From Longimicrobiales bacterium (GTDB lineage Bacteria; Gemmatimonadota; Gemmatimonadetes; Longimicrobiales; Gaopeijiaceae), in NCBI GenBank assembly GCA_965226375.1, contig CBDDCX010000004.1, positions 47,062-111,061 on the forward strand: a stretch of 64,000 bases of DNA, in the 5' to 3' direction. Below are positions 30,860 to 41,920 of the stretch, piece by piece; the stretch's first letter is position 1; every line of letters begins with the position of its first letter. A program made the translations under genes and the position numbers. The notes below the pieces were generated by a model. It was not told the origin of the DNA. It saw nothing but the letters and a program-made list of their open reading frames with translations, and did not search any database.

Positions 30860-31912
30860 GTGCGGCCCTCCGCGACGTTGCGGGCCACGGTCTGTGCGGC
30901 CGTGCGCGCGGCCGTGCTGTCCCTGGCGGCTGTGGCCCTGCTCGCCGTTCCGTCGGCCGCCCAGACGGTCCGGATCGTCCAGACGAACGCGGCTGGGGAC
31001 AACGTCCACCTGATCGACCCGAGCACCAACGAGGTCGTGAAGGTGATCCTGGGCATCCCGATCCCGCACGGAGTCACGTCCCGACCCGACGGGAGTGTGC
31101 TCTACTTCAGCAACGAGGTCGACCGCACTCTCGACGTGGTTCCCACCAGCAGCTACCGGGTCACACAGCAGATCCCCCTCACGGGCCGGCCCAACAACAT
31201 CTCCATCACGCCCGACGGCCGGAAGCTGTACGTAGCCATCACGGGGGCGGACGCATTCGTAGATGTCATCGACCTGGAGGCCGGGCGGGTCGTGAAGAGC
31301 ATCCGGACCCTGGGCGGGGTGCACAACGTCTTTGTCACCCCCGACGGTCGGCACGTGGTGGCCGGGATGATCGGCGCCCGGACGTTGACCGTGGTCGATA
31401 CCGAGACGGACGAGCCGGTCTGGTCCGTGCACTTCAACGGCGGCGTGCGCCCCATGACGTTCGAGACGAACCCCGACGGCTCGACACGGCGGATCTTCGT
31501 TCAGATCTCAGGCTTCCACGGCTTCTACGTGGTGGATTTCGAGCAGCGAAGACTAGTCAGGAAGATCGCGCTGCCTGAACTCCCGCTCTCCCGGGTGGAC
31601 AATGACGCGCTCCAGGGCTCCCCGGCTCACGGCCTGGCCGTCTCGCCTGATGGGTCCCAGCTGTGGTCTACCAGCAAGCCCAACAACCACATCTACGCGT
31701 GGTCGCTCCCCGATCTCGAGTACCTGGGGGGAGTCGAGGTGGGACATCATCCCGACTGGCTCACGATGACGCCCGACAGTCGGTACATCTACTCCGCCAA
31801 CGCGGGCTCGAACGACGTGTCCGCGGTCGACACCCGGACCCTGACGGAAGTCGCTCGGATACGGGTGGGGCAGGTGCCCAAGCGCAATCACACCTTGGTC
31901 ATCAGGGACTGA
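30860..31912 (+). CDS. YncE-like beta-propeller secreted protein
   Basis: Repeated PxxI/L-TPDG blades; signal peptide. Confidence 0.8.
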   Translation: MRPSATLRATVCAAVRAAVLSLAAVALLAVPSAAQTVRIVQTNAAGDNVHLIDPSTNEVVKVILGIPIPHGVTSRPDGSVLYFSNEVDRTLDVVPTSSYRVTQQIPLTGRPNNISITPDGRKLYVAITGADAFVDVIDLEAGRVVKSIRTLGGVHNVFVTPDGRHVVAGMIGARTLTVVDTETDEPVWSVHFNGGVRPMTFETNPDGSTRRIFVQISGFHGFYVVDFEQRRLVRKIALPELPLSRVDNDALQGSPAHGLAVSPDGSQLWSTSKPNNHIYAWSLPDLEYLGGVEVGHHPDWLTMTPDSRYIYSANAGSNDVSAVDTRTLTEVARIRVGQVPKRNHTLVIRD

Positions 31913-31981
31913 TGTGCCCCACCGTGTTCTTTCAACCGGCCCCTAGGGAGACTCGATGATCGAGCGCTTGTTCTTCGGGAG

Positions 31982-32743
31982 ACTGGTTCGGGGGGACTTG
32001 TGATCAGTGAGGCGCTGGCCCGCCAACTTTGGGGTGACGAAGACCCCATCGGCCAGCGCATCGGGTTGTTCCGGCAACTCGCTTCGGACTCCGACTACGG
32101 CGAGCCGATCGATGGCACCGTGATCGGTGTGGCGGCCAACACGCGTACCGTCTTGAGGGCGGCAGGACCCACCGAGGCCGTCTACCTGCCGATGTCCGTC
32201 CATCCGTGGCCGTCGGCCTACCTCGCCGTGCGGCCCCGTCCCGGAATGTCGGTTGTGGATGACGTGCGCTCGGCTGTGGCGGACGCTGAGGCTCAGATTC
32301 CCGTGGAGGACATCCTGCCGCTGGCGGAGCTGGCCCGCTTCTCGGTGAGTCGCGATCGATTCTTGACCACGCTCTCGGTGGTGTTCTCGGTGGTGGCGGT
32401 ATTCCTGGCGTGCACCGGCACCTACGGTGTGCTGTCCTATGCGGTCCGTAGACAGCGGCGCGATCTGGCGGTCCGGGTGGCTTTGGGCTCGGGGCGGAGA
32501 AGGGTGGTTGGGGGGGTGCTCCGGCAGGCTGCCGCCATGGTGGGGAGCGGTGTGGTGGTAGGCATCGGCACTGCGCTGGCGCTGACGCGGTTCATGGGCT
32601 CGGTCCTGTATCAGGTGAGCCCCATGGATCCCTTGGCGTTCGCCGGATCGGTGCTCGTGGTACTGTCGATGGGCCTGGTAGGGGCGTGGATACCGGCTCG
32701 ACGTGCGGCGCGGGTGGATCCGATGATAGTGTTACGGGACTAG
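31982..32743 (+). pseudogene. C-terminal fragment of a FtsX/MacB-type (ADOP-like) ABC permease
   Basis: GTYGVLSYAVRRQRRDLAVRVALG...IPARRAARVDPMIVLRD; only about the last third of the ~800-aa type seen at 36131-38569; left boundary approximate. Confidence 0.75.
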
Positions 32744-32787
32744 CCGGCATCGTGCCGGAACCCCGCCGGCCAACACACGAGGAAACA

Positions 32788-33738
32788 TTGAAGATTGCGG
32801 TCATCGGGGCCGGTGGCGCCGGCGGATATATCGGAGCTCGATGGGCCGAAGCGGGGCTAGACGTCACACTGCTAGCTCGAGGAGCCCATCTCGAGGCGAT
32901 CAACTCTCAGGGCCTCCTTCTCCACAGCCCACTCGGGGACGCGCGCGTCGACGTACGGGCTGTCGAGAGTGCTAGGGAGGTTGGTGAGGTCGACGTCGTC
33001 GTGGTGGCGACGAAGGCGTGGCAACTGCCGCCCCTCGCCGACGTCCTGCCGCCGATGGTCGGTCCGGAAACATCGGTGTTCGGACTCCAGAACGGCGTGG
33101 AGGCGGCCGACATCCTGTCCGCGTTCGTGCCGCCTTCGCACGTCTTGGGAGGCACCTGTCGCATTATCAGCTTTGTCGAGGGACCGGGCGTGATTCGCCA
33201 CGTGGGCATCGACCCGACCCTCACGATCGGTGAGCGTGCCGGTGGCGGTGGCGGATCGTCGCGGATTCAGTCTGTCGCCGAGGCGTTGGACAATGCGCGT
33301 GGGCTGTCGGTCGAGATTACCGACGACATCGAGGCGGCACTGTGGCGCAAGTTCCTCTTGTTCGCACCCATGAGTGGCCTGGGCTCCATCACCCAGGCGC
33401 CCATCGGAGTGTTCCGGAGCCTGGCCGAGCCGCGGTCCCTGCTTGTGAGCGCGGTGCAGGAGGTCTTCGATCTCGCGAGGGCCCGGGGGGTCGGGCTGCT
33501 TGCCGAGAGCGTCGAACAGACGCTCCAATTCATCGATGGGCTCCCCGCAGACGGCACCACGTCACTACAGCGTGATTTCAGGGACGGCGCCCGAACGGAG
33601 ATCGAGGCGCTCTCGGGGGCGGTGGTTCGGTTGGCCGCCGAGGCGGGGGTCCCGGTGCCGGTTCACACGTTCTTCTACTCGGCGCTTCTACCGCTCGAGT
33701 TGAAGGCGCGCGGAGCAATCGAGTGGCCGGGGTCATGA
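32788..33738 (+). CDS. panE: 2-dehydropantoate 2-reductase
   Basis: KIAVIGAGGAGG, LQNG, LWRKF, SLQRD, TEIEALSG; TTG start with GAGG RBS. Confidence 0.88.
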   Translation: MKIAVIGAGGAGGYIGARWAEAGLDVTLLARGAHLEAINSQGLLLHSPLGDARVDVRAVESAREVGEVDVVVVATKAWQLPPLADVLPPMVGPETSVFGLQNGVEAADILSAFVPPSHVLGGTCRIISFVEGPGVIRHVGIDPTLTIGERAGGGGGSSRIQSVAEALDNARGLSVEITDDIEAALWRKFLLFAPMSGLGSITQAPIGVFRSLAEPRSLLVSAVQEVFDLARARGVGLLAESVEQTLQFIDGLPADGTTSLQRDFRDGARTEIEALSGAVVRLAAEAGVPVPVHTFFYSALLPLELKARGAIEWPGS

Positions 33739-33849
33739 ACGCGTAGATCCTGAGGTTACCTTGCATGCCAGCACTGGTACTGCTTGCTTCACGTGTGGTT
33801 GTTGTCTTCTCTGAACACCTCCCTTAACAGCCGACCCGGACTGATTCGC

Positions 33850-36114
33850 ATGCAGCCCATAGATGCTTCCTCGGTGCTCCCTCAGGCCGAAGCGGGAATC
33901 GCGACCTATCTGCAACGGGCGCTGGATTCCGGCAGAATCGACCAACAGGCCTATGACAGCGCCCTCCAGAACACCTCCGTAAATCTGCGGAAGTGGCTGG
34001 AAGATCCGCGCATCGACGCCATCTCCAGTGGGCTGAAGCAGGGCATTGGCCAGGCGATCGCCCAAGAGCGTTGGGAGGATCTGGTCAACGCGTTCCGTCA
34101 GCAACTCCGCTTCGGTACCGGGGGCATTCGCGGGATGATGGGCTTCGACCGGGCTTCCGTGGTCAAGCTGCAGGAAGAAGGCGTCAATACCGACATCCTC
34201 AAGGGCCCCAATACGATCAACGACCTCGTATTCCTGCTGACCTCGGCCGGGGTGGCGCGCTTCGGTAAGGACCAGACGCCTCCGTTTGAGAAAATCGTGA
34301 TCGGCTACGACAGCCGCATTCGGGGGCACGACCTGGCCCGACTCGTCGCGGAGCTGTTCCTGGCCTATGGGTACACCGTCTACTTCTTCGACGAACCGGT
34401 GCCCTATCCCGAAGTGACGTTCGCCATTCCCCACGAGTCGATCAAAGCCGATGTGGGCATCCTCATCTCGGCCAGCCACAACGACTACCGCTACAACGGC
34501 TACAAGCTGTCGTGCTCCAACGGCTCGCAGTTCGATCCCGAGGAGCGCGAGCGGATGTACGAGGAGTACATCGCGACGGCGACGACGGAGCAGATCGATC
34601 TCTGTTCCTTCAGCGACGCCCCTGAAGGAAGGCTCTGGTTTCTGGGCGGCGACGAGCCGGTCGCGGGATCGGACTATGCTGGACGAGAAGCCGGCCTGAT
34701 CAACATTCACGATGCGCACCGGGAGCACGTATCGAGCTTCCTGCTCACCCGGGACCTGGCCGCCCAGCAACAGGCCGCCGCCGACCCCCTCCACATCGGG
34801 TTCTGCGCGTTTCACGGCGCCGGGCGCAAGGCGGTTCCGCGCCTGCTCGAGGAGGTCGGCTTTCGAGACATCAAGTCGATTACGGTCAACGGCTTGAATG
34901 ACCTGAATGGGCTCTTCCCCTCCTTCAACAGTGATCCCGGAGAAGAGCAGCAGCCGGATCCGGGCGATCCGAGAGCCGCAGAGATCGCCGTCAATGCCTT
35001 CAAGCAGGAGTACCCGGGGGTGTTCGAGAGCGAGACGGACATTCTGATCGGCACCGACCCGGACGCCGACCGATGCGGCCTGGTCGTGAAGGTTCCCGAG
35101 GCTCAGCGCTATGTGTACGGCGACAAGGACTACGTGCTGTTGCCTGCGGACGATGCGTGGACCCTGCTGCTGTGGTACCGGCTGCACCGGGAGCGCGAGC
35201 TCCACGGCGAGGTCCAGGACGCGGACCGGAAGTTCATCGTTCTGTCGCACACGACATCGGAAGGGCTCGTCCGCTTGGCGCGCAAGCACGGTCTCGGATC
35301 GATCGTGACGTGGGTCGGATTCGCCGCGCTGTCGGCCGCCGTCCGGGACGTCTGGGATGACAAGCACGAGGCCTACGCCTCACTGGTCGAGGGACGAGAC
35401 GAGACGTGGGAGCACCTGAGCCACCCCTTCGTGTGTCGCGCCGAGAACATGGGGCCGGAGCGTTCGTTCAACGTCGCGGCGATGGAGCAGAGCAACGGGT
35501 TTTCGCTGCTCGGCGGAAAGCCGCTCGACAAACGGTCGCTCGGCGTGGGCGGCCACGTGCGTGACAAAGACGGCACGCTTGCCGCTCTGCTGGGCGCCGA
35601 GGTCGCGGCTTGGGCCAAGGCTAACGATTCCAGCATCATCGAACTGCTCGATCGACACGTCTACCTCGATCCGGACATCGGGCTGTTCAAGACCTTCTAT
35701 GAGCCCGACCCGCTGGACGGCGAGTATCCCGGCATCGAGGGCGACCGGCTCAAGATCGCCATCCTGCGTCGCACGTGGGCCTGTTATCAGCTTGCCCAGG
35801 CTGGCGACCTGGAGATCGGCGGGCTTCCCGTGAAGTCGGCCACGGTCTACCGCACCGGCAAATACGATGCCATCTACCCGGCCACCTACGACTTCCAGTT
35901 CCCGGACGAAGGCGTGCGGTTCTACTTCGACGAGGAGAAGCTGAACCACCTCACGGTTCGGCCCTCGGGCACCGGTAACTCACTGCGCTTTCACGTGCAG
36001 CTGCACACCATGCCTTCCGAAGCGAACCTGATTTCCGAGAAGGGGAGGCTGAGAGATCAGGGTGAGGCCATCCTGACGCACTTGCGTGAACTGCTCAAAG
36101 CGCCGAGAGGGTGA
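33850..36114 (+). CDS. Phosphoglucomutase/phosphomannomutase family protein (long form)
   Basis: FGTGGIRG, SASHN, DPDADR, VRDKDG, VRPSGT. Confidence 0.88.
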   Translation: MQPIDASSVLPQAEAGIATYLQRALDSGRIDQQAYDSALQNTSVNLRKWLEDPRIDAISSGLKQGIGQAIAQERWEDLVNAFRQQLRFGTGGIRGMMGFDRASVVKLQEEGVNTDILKGPNTINDLVFLLTSAGVARFGKDQTPPFEKIVIGYDSRIRGHDLARLVAELFLAYGYTVYFFDEPVPYPEVTFAIPHESIKADVGILISASHNDYRYNGYKLSCSNGSQFDPEERERMYEEYIATATTEQIDLCSFSDAPEGRLWFLGGDEPVAGSDYAGREAGLINIHDAHREHVSSFLLTRDLAAQQQAAADPLHIGFCAFHGAGRKAVPRLLEEVGFRDIKSITVNGLNDLNGLFPSFNSDPGEEQQPDPGDPRAAEIAVNAFKQEYPGVFESETDILIGTDPDADRCGLVVKVPEAQRYVYGDKDYVLLPADDAWTLLLWYRLHRERELHGEVQDADRKFIVLSHTTSEGLVRLARKHGLGSIVTWVGFAALSAAVRDVWDDKHEAYASLVEGRDETWEHLSHPFVCRAENMGPERSFNVAAMEQSNGFSLLGGKPLDKRSLGVGGHVRDKDGTLAALLGAEVAAWAKANDSSIIELLDRHVYLDPDIGLFKTFYEPDPLDGEYPGIEGDRLKIAILRRTWACYQLAQAGDLEIGGLPVKSATVYRTGKYDAIYPATYDFQFPDEGVRFYFDEEKLNHLTVRPSGTGNSLRFHVQLHTMPSEANLISEKGRLRDQGEAILTHLRELLKAPRG

Positions 36115-36130
36115 TCTTCTGAGCCCAGGC

Positions 36131-38569
36131 TCAGTCGCTCCTCAGGGCCTCCACCGGATCGACTCGGCTGGTCCGCCGAGCGGGTAGATACGCCGCTACC
36201 ACGGCCACCGCGCCCAGGATGAGCGGAGCGCCCAACAGGGCGACCGGATCCATGGGGCCCACGCCTATCAGGAATCCGCGGAGCAGCCCACCCACCCCCA
36301 GCGCGGCCACGATCCCCAACCCGCCTCCCACCAGCACGAGCATGAGGCCGCCCTGGACCACGAGCCTGACCAGGCTGTCTCTGGGCGCACCGAGCGCGAG
36401 CCGAATGCCCATTTCACGGGTGCGGCGGGCGGCGCCATAGCTGACCAGGCCGTACAGGCCGACACACGTGAGCACGACAGCGATGCCTCCGAGGCCGGCG
36501 AGCAGCAGAGCGGCCAGCCGAGGCAGGTAGAAGTTCAGCGACACGTGCTCGTTCAGCGTTGAAACGGCCTCCAGATAGATATCCGGGTCGAGGGTGCGAG
36601 CCAGGGCGCCGAGCGTTGCGGCCAGCTCGCCATCCGAGGCGGGGCCTCGGGCGACGAACGAGAACGTCGGCCTTGGCGACTGAGCGAACGGTACATAGAG
36701 GTAGGGACGGGGCGGCTCGATCAGGTTCCAGATTTTTACGTTAGCTGCGATCCCGACCACGGTGAATTCCACGTCGGGCTGACCGGCTGGGTGGATGATG
36801 CGTCCGACCGCGTCTTCGCCCGGCCAGAACCGACGTTGGGCGGCCTCGCTCAGGATGACCACCTGGGGCGCACCGTCCACGTCTTCGGGACCAAATGGGC
36901 ACCCGGAGATCACGTCGATTTCCATCGCCGAGAAGTAGTCCGAGCTCACGCTCGCGACCTGCAGTACATGGTAGTCGGCGTCGGGCGGGGGATCGACACC
37001 CGGAACGTCCAGCCCTCGATTGACGGTGCCCAGACCGAGGGGAAGCCGGGTCGTAAGGGCAATCTGCGAAATCCCCGGCTGTGTGGCTCCGTCGGCGAGC
37101 ATACGCTCGGCGAATGCCCTCTGCTGTTCGGCATCGTACTGGTTCGCCCATGTCCCGACGGTCACCACTCCCGCGGGGTCGGTCGAGAAACCTACGTCCA
37201 CTTGCGAGGCCTCCTGCAGACTCCGCAGAAAGAGCCCGGTCGCCACCACAAGAACGGTGGATAGGGTCATCTGAGCCGCCACGAGCACGGCTCTGGTGTT
37301 GGCCTTGCCCCGACTACCGGACTGGCCGCCTTCGTCGCGCAGCGTTGCGGCTACAGGGGTTCTGGTTGCCTGAAGACCCGGAGTGAGCCCGAAGAACAGC
37401 GCGGCCAGCACAGTCGTGCCGACCGTGAAGGCCAGGATCCGTGGGTTCAGGCCGACCTCGAAGTTGAGCGGCACCGGAAGGGGGGGCTCGATGGCGAGAA
37501 CCACCCGCAGGGCGAGCTGACCCAACAACGTGCCGAACACCGCACCCATCGCGGCCAACAGAAGTGACTCGATCAGGAGCTGACGGATGATGGCCACACG
37601 TCCGGCCCCCATGGAGATCCGCACGGCGATTTCCTTGCGTCGATCGGTGGCGCGGGCGAGGAGGAAGCCGGCCAGGTTCACACAGGCGACCAAGAGCACC
37701 AGCGCGACCACGGCGAAGAGAATGGCCAACATGGTGGTCACCACGTCGTCCATGGATGGGTGTATCCAAATCTCCGAGAGGGGCGTGGCTCCGAGCCGAA
37801 AGGCGAAACTGGAGTCTCTCCCGGCATCGATGCGGGCCGCGAGCGCTTCGACGGCCGCCACCCCTCGCTGGGCTGGAATTCCCTGATGCATGCGGGCCGA
37901 CATCGAGAAGTTGCCGCTCCCCATCTGTCCGGGTGCGATACTCTCGTGCATACGGAGCGGGACCCAGACGTCCGTCGGCACGCCATGGATCACCCGTCCT
38001 TTGAAGTTCGGAGGCGCGACGCCCACCACCGTAAACGGCCTTCCGTTCAAGCGGATCTCGGATCCGACCAGCCCCGGGTCGGCATCGTACCTGGTATTCC
38101 AGAAGAAGTCCGAGACCACCACCACGGGGTGTGTCCCGTCCGTGACGTCCTCCTCTGGAAGGAACGTGCGCCCGCGCGCCGCGCTCACCTGCATGACCTC
38201 GAAGTAGTTGCCGGTGACCATCTCGATGAGGATCGGTCGTGGCTGCCCGTCCTGCTCGACGCGGGCGGACGTGAACGCGTAGCCAGTTACGCCCGAGAAG
38301 ACATCGGCGGTTCCGTCACGAACGGTCTCGTAGGTGCGGTAATTGGTGAAGTTGAACGAGCCCGACCTCGAGACGGAGTAGACGTCAACCAAGGTCTCGG
38401 GGTCGCCGACACCCCAGTCGCTGAACAGCACGCGGTCGACCAGCGAGAACACGGCCGTGTTCGGGCCGATGGCCAAGGCGAGTGACAGGACAGCCACCAG
38501 CGTGAATACGGGCGACTTGGCGAGCATACGTACGGCGAACTTCACGTCCCGGATCAATCCCGTCATCAT
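36131..38569 (-). CDS. ABC permease, duplicated MacB/FtsX (ADOP-like)
   Basis: DVKFAVRMLAKSP, ACVNLAG...RRKEIAVR, RRTREMGIRLALGA, PARR..RVDP. Confidence 0.9.
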   Translation of the reverse strand: MMTGLIRDVKFAVRMLAKSPVFTLVAVLSLALAIGPNTAVFSLVDRVLFSDWGVGDPETLVDVYSVSRSGSFNFTNYRTYETVRDGTADVFSGVTGYAFTSARVEQDGQPRPILIEMVTGNYFEVMQVSAARGRTFLPEEDVTDGTHPVVVVSDFFWNTRYDADPGLVGSEIRLNGRPFTVVGVAPPNFKGRVIHGVPTDVWVPLRMHESIAPGQMGSGNFSMSARMHQGIPAQRGVAAVEALAARIDAGRDSSFAFRLGATPLSEIWIHPSMDDVVTTMLAILFAVVALVLLVACVNLAGFLLARATDRRKEIAVRISMGAGRVAIIRQLLIESLLLAAMGAVFGTLLGQLALRVVLAIEPPLPVPLNFEVGLNPRILAFTVGTTVLAALFFGLTPGLQATRTPVAATLRDEGGQSGSRGKANTRAVLVAAQMTLSTVLVVATGLFLRSLQEASQVDVGFSTDPAGVVTVGTWANQYDAEQQRAFAERMLADGATQPGISQIALTTRLPLGLGTVNRGLDVPGVDPPPDADYHVLQVASVSSDYFSAMEIDVISGCPFGPEDVDGAPQVVILSEAAQRRFWPGEDAVGRIIHPAGQPDVEFTVVGIAANVKIWNLIEPPRPYLYVPFAQSPRPTFSFVARGPASDGELAATLGALARTLDPDIYLEAVSTLNEHVSLNFYLPRLAALLLAGLGGIAVVLTCVGLYGLVSYGAARRTREMGIRLALGAPRDSLVRLVVQGGLMLVLVGGGLGIVAALGVGGLLRGFLIGVGPMDPVALLGAPLILGAVAVVAAYLPARRTSRVDPVEALRSD

Positions 38570-38654
38570 CCCTCCGGAGAGCCGACCGACCTACGTTCCT
38601 GACATCGTACAGGATTTCACGGCGGATGGCGGGAGGCAAGCACACCCGCCCCTT

Positions 38655-39830
38655 CTACTTCCGCTCCTGGTACTTGGGGTGGTGTTTCAGGCTCTTGATG
38701 ATGGACTTCCACTCGGCCACCGCCTCCGCCTGAGCCCGCGGGTCGGCCTTCCGCCTCTGATACGCTGCCTCGGCCTGGAGCTTCCGGTAGCTGTCCAGAC
38801 GTTCCTGGCCGAGTGCGCCAGACTCGATCGCCTCGAGCACGGCACATCCCGGCTCCGACTCGTGGGCGCAGTCACCGAACCGGCACTGGGCGGCCAGCTC
38901 GTCGATTTCCGGGAACGCCTGGCCGAGTCCTTCGTCCAGACCCCACACATGGAGCTCGCGCATTCCCGGCGTGTCGAGAAGAAGTGCGCCGCCCCGGATG
39001 CGCAGCAGCTGCCGGCGGGTCGTGGTGTGGCGGCCCTTCTTGTCTCCGGTTCGCACGTCGCCGGTCTCCAGGAGATTCTCTCCCGCCAGGCGATTGATCA
39101 GAGATGACTTGCCCACCCCCGAAGGGCCGAGCAGTGCCACGGTCTTGCCCGGGGCTATCTGGTCGGCGAGCTGGACGACGCCGTCAGCCGAGTCGACGCC
39201 TTCGGTCTCACTGACCCGCTCGGCCTCACGGACCCCTTCGCTGGGCACGGCCCCACACTCTACGCTCACCACGTGTACGGGAACCCCGAACGCCAGTTCT
39301 TCCACGATTCGGGTCGACTCGGCGAGATCCACCGCTATGTCTGCCTTGGTCAGGACGATCTCCGGCTGTGCGCCGCTCTCCCACGCCACGGCCAGATAGC
39401 GCTCGATACGCCTCGGGTTGGGCATCAGGTCCAGGCCGTGGACGATCCAGACGGTGTCGACGTTTGCGGCCACGACCTGCTCCTCGACCCGTTCGCCTGG
39501 GGCCTGCCGGGAGAACTTGGACCGGCGTGGTAGAATCCCCTCGATGGACCAGGGATCGTTGGGCGACGGCCCTGGCAGGAGCGCCACCCAATCGCCCACG
39601 GCCGCAAAGCCACCGACGCCACGCGTCGAGACGACCCGGGCCTCTCCAGGACCGGTCTCGGTCTGGACGCTCCAACGGGTCCTCCCCTGGGTGGTCACAC
39701 GGCCCGGCCGGAGCGGTGTGCCGTCGTTGGCGGGCACGGCCCCTCCATCGCGCGTGGGCAGTCCGGGTAACAGGATCTCAGCCCAGGCCTCGGCCCACTT
39801 CTCGTCCCAGCCCCACGTCTCCAGGTCCAT
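38655..39830 (-). CDS. rsgA: Ribosome small subunit-dependent GTPase A
   Basis: AANVD, LTKAD, GPSGVGKSS, GRHTTT, DTPG, CRFGDCAHESEPGC. Confidence 0.93.
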   Translation of the reverse strand: MDLETWGWDEKWAEAWAEILLPGLPTRDGGAVPANDGTPLRPGRVTTQGRTRWSVQTETGPGEARVVSTRGVGGFAAVGDWVALLPGPSPNDPWSIEGILPRRSKFSRQAPGERVEEQVVAANVDTVWIVHGLDLMPNPRRIERYLAVAWESGAQPEIVLTKADIAVDLAESTRIVEELAFGVPVHVVSVECGAVPSEGVREAERVSETEGVDSADGVVQLADQIAPGKTVALLGPSGVGKSSLINRLAGENLLETGDVRTGDKKGRHTTTRRQLLRIRGGALLLDTPGMRELHVWGLDEGLGQAFPEIDELAAQCRFGDCAHESEPGCAVLEAIESGALGQERLDSYRKLQAEAAYQRRKADPRAQAEAVAEWKSIIKSLKHHPKYQERK

Positions 39831-40051
39831 CGAGCTCCGCTCGTAGGGGTTCCGCGGTGCGGACTCGCAGGGTCCGACCTGCCGCACGTTGGTCAAGCCG
39901 TTCGGAAGCCGCAAGGCGAGCGCCGGGAGGGTTTCGGTTATCTTACGTACTCAGGTGCTGGAACGGGCTCAGAATGGACCTTTGCCCGCGAGGGAGCGTC
40001 TGGGTAACGTGATCCTCGACCAAAACCAACCATGAATCCGCAGGGATACAT

Positions 40052-40663
40052 ATGAGTGACCATACGAAGTCTCCCGTCGTGTTTACGGACCTCGCAAAGG
40101 ACACCGTCCTCCGCTTCATGGAGGTGCAGGGCGAAGACGACCTGGCGGTGCGCATCCAGATCGCGAGCCCCAGCCCCCTCGATCCTCGTTACGAAATCTC
40201 GATCATCGAACCCGACGACAGGAACGATGATGACGTTGTGTTCGGCGGCTACGACTTCGATGTGGTGATAGCGTCCGAGAGCGCCAAGCTCATGGACGGT
40301 GCCAGCATCGACTGGGTCGAGGGCCTGAACGAGAGCGGGTTCAAGGTTCAGAACCCCAACCTGGCTCCCATCGGATCGAAGCCGTTGGAGGGCCCCATGG
40401 CGGATCGGGTTCGGCAGGCTATCGACCAGTTTGTGAACCCCGGTGTGGCTCAACACGGCGGACACGTGACGCTGGTGGAGGTCAGGGACAACATCGTCTA
40501 CATCCAGATGGGTGGGGGATGCCAGGGCTGCGGAATGGCTTCGGTGACGCTGAGCCAGGGAATCGAGCGCATCCTTCGGGACCAGGTGCCCGAGATCGAG
40601 GGCATTGAGGATGTCACCAACCACAGTGTCGGCGAGAACCCCTACTTCCAGGCGTCCAAATAG
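40052..40663 (+). CDS. nfuA: Fe-S biogenesis protein NfuA
   Basis: Degenerate A-type domain + HGG...GGGCQGCG...DVTNH. Confidence 0.9.
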   Translation: MSDHTKSPVVFTDLAKDTVLRFMEVQGEDDLAVRIQIASPSPLDPRYEISIIEPDDRNDDDVVFGGYDFDVVIASESAKLMDGASIDWVEGLNESGFKVQNPNLAPIGSKPLEGPMADRVRQAIDQFVNPGVAQHGGHVTLVEVRDNIVYIQMGGGCQGCGMASVTLSQGIERILRDQVPEIEGIEDVTNHSVGENPYFQASK

Positions 40664-40687
40664 GCCCTACCACCGACCGGTGACTCC

Positions 40688-41920
40688 GTGTCGCGTATCC
40701 TGCTCCTCATCTCCCGATCCTCCTATCGGGCAGAGGCGTTCATCTCGGCGGCCCGTCGCCTGGACGTGGATGTCACGGTCGGTTCCAATCACGCGGCGAC
40801 ACTCGCGGCCCTAGCGCCCGGGGCGACCCTCACGCTTGGCGCTGCAGACGTCAATCGATCGGTAGCCACCATCGGGCGCTTTGCGGATGATTATCCGTTG
40901 GCGGCCGTCGTGACCGCCGAGGACGATTTTGCGCCGGTGGCGGCGGAGGCCTCCGAGGCGCTGGGCCTGAGGTACCATCCACCGGAGGCGGTCCGGTCCG
41001 CTCGCAACAAGGCGGTCACCCGCCGACGTCTCTCGGAGGGTGGAGTCCCGTCGCCCTGGTTCCGCGTCGCGTCGGTCGAGGACGACCCGGCGGCGGAGGC
41101 GGCGGAGGCCCGATACCCCTGCGTGGTCAAGCCGCTAGCCTTGTCCGCGAGCCGGGGGGTGATCCGGGCCGACACGCCCGAGGAGTTCGTCGGCGCTTGG
41201 GCCCGGATCCTGCAAATCCTGAAACGCGAGGACGCGAGCCGTCGGAGTGGCTGGGCACGAGCCGAGATCCTGATCGAAGAGTATCTGCCGGGCCGAGAGG
41301 TGGCCGTCGAGGGCATCGTCGTCGAGGGCGAGCTGTGGACTCTGGCCATCCTGGACAAGCCGGAGGCCATGGAGGGCCCGTTCTTCGAGGAGACTATGCT
41401 CGTCACGCCGTCCCGTCTGCCCGAGGAGACTCGAGCAGAGATCGTGGCTTCCGTGCAGCGCGCCGTTACCCTCGTCGGCCTCGACGATGGCCCTATCCAT
41501 GCCGAGCTCCGTGTGGACGGCGGGAGGGCTACGCTCCTCGAGATTGCGCCGCGCTCCATCGGGGGGCGGTGCTCCACGATTCTGAGGTTCGAACCAGAGG
41601 CGACCCTCGAGGAACTCATCCTCCGTCACGCATTGCGGATGCCGATCGATGGGTACGTCCGGGCGTCGGGCGCCGCGGGTGTCATGATGCTTCCGATCCC
41701 GCGCGCCGGCGTTCTCCGTGAAGTGGGCGGGAGCGAGGCGGCTCTTCAGGTTCCGGGCGTCGAGGGACTCGAGATCACCATCCCTGTCGGCCAGACGGTG
41801 GTGCCCCTGCCCGAGGGCAACCGTTATCTGGGGTTTCTTTTCGCGGGTGGAGAGACGCCCGAACTGGTGGAAGCCTCGCTCAGGGACGCGCATGCGAAGC
41901 TCGAGGTGACTATCGAGTAG
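40688..41920 (+). CDS. ATP-grasp domain protein
   Basis: YPCVVKP..LSASRGV, IEEYLPG.EV.VEG, HAELR, EIAPRSIGG. Confidence 0.85.
   Translation: MSRILLLISRSSYRAEAFISAARRLDVDVTVGSNHAATLAALAPGATLTLGAADVNRSVATIGRFADDYPLAAVVTAEDDFAPVAAEASEALGLRYHPPEAVRSARNKAVTRRRLSEGGVPSPWFRVASVEDDPAAEAAEARYPCVVKPLALSASRGVIRADTPEEFVGAWARILQILKREDASRRSGWARAEILIEEYLPGREVAVEGIVVEGELWTLAILDKPEAMEGPFFEETMLVTPSRLPEETRAEIVASVQRAVTLVGLDDGPIHAELRVDGGRATLLEIAPRSIGGRCSTILRFEPEATLEELILRHALRMPIDGYVRASGAAGVMMLPIPRAGVLREVGGSEAALQVPGVEGLEITIPVGQTVVPLPEGNRYLGFLFAGGETPELVEASLRDAHAKLEVTIE

Noticed and set aside
27217..31912. Cytochrome/PQQ cluster as integron cassettes
   Set aside because: Tightly coupled operon with no attC sites; looks like backbone downstream of the last attC
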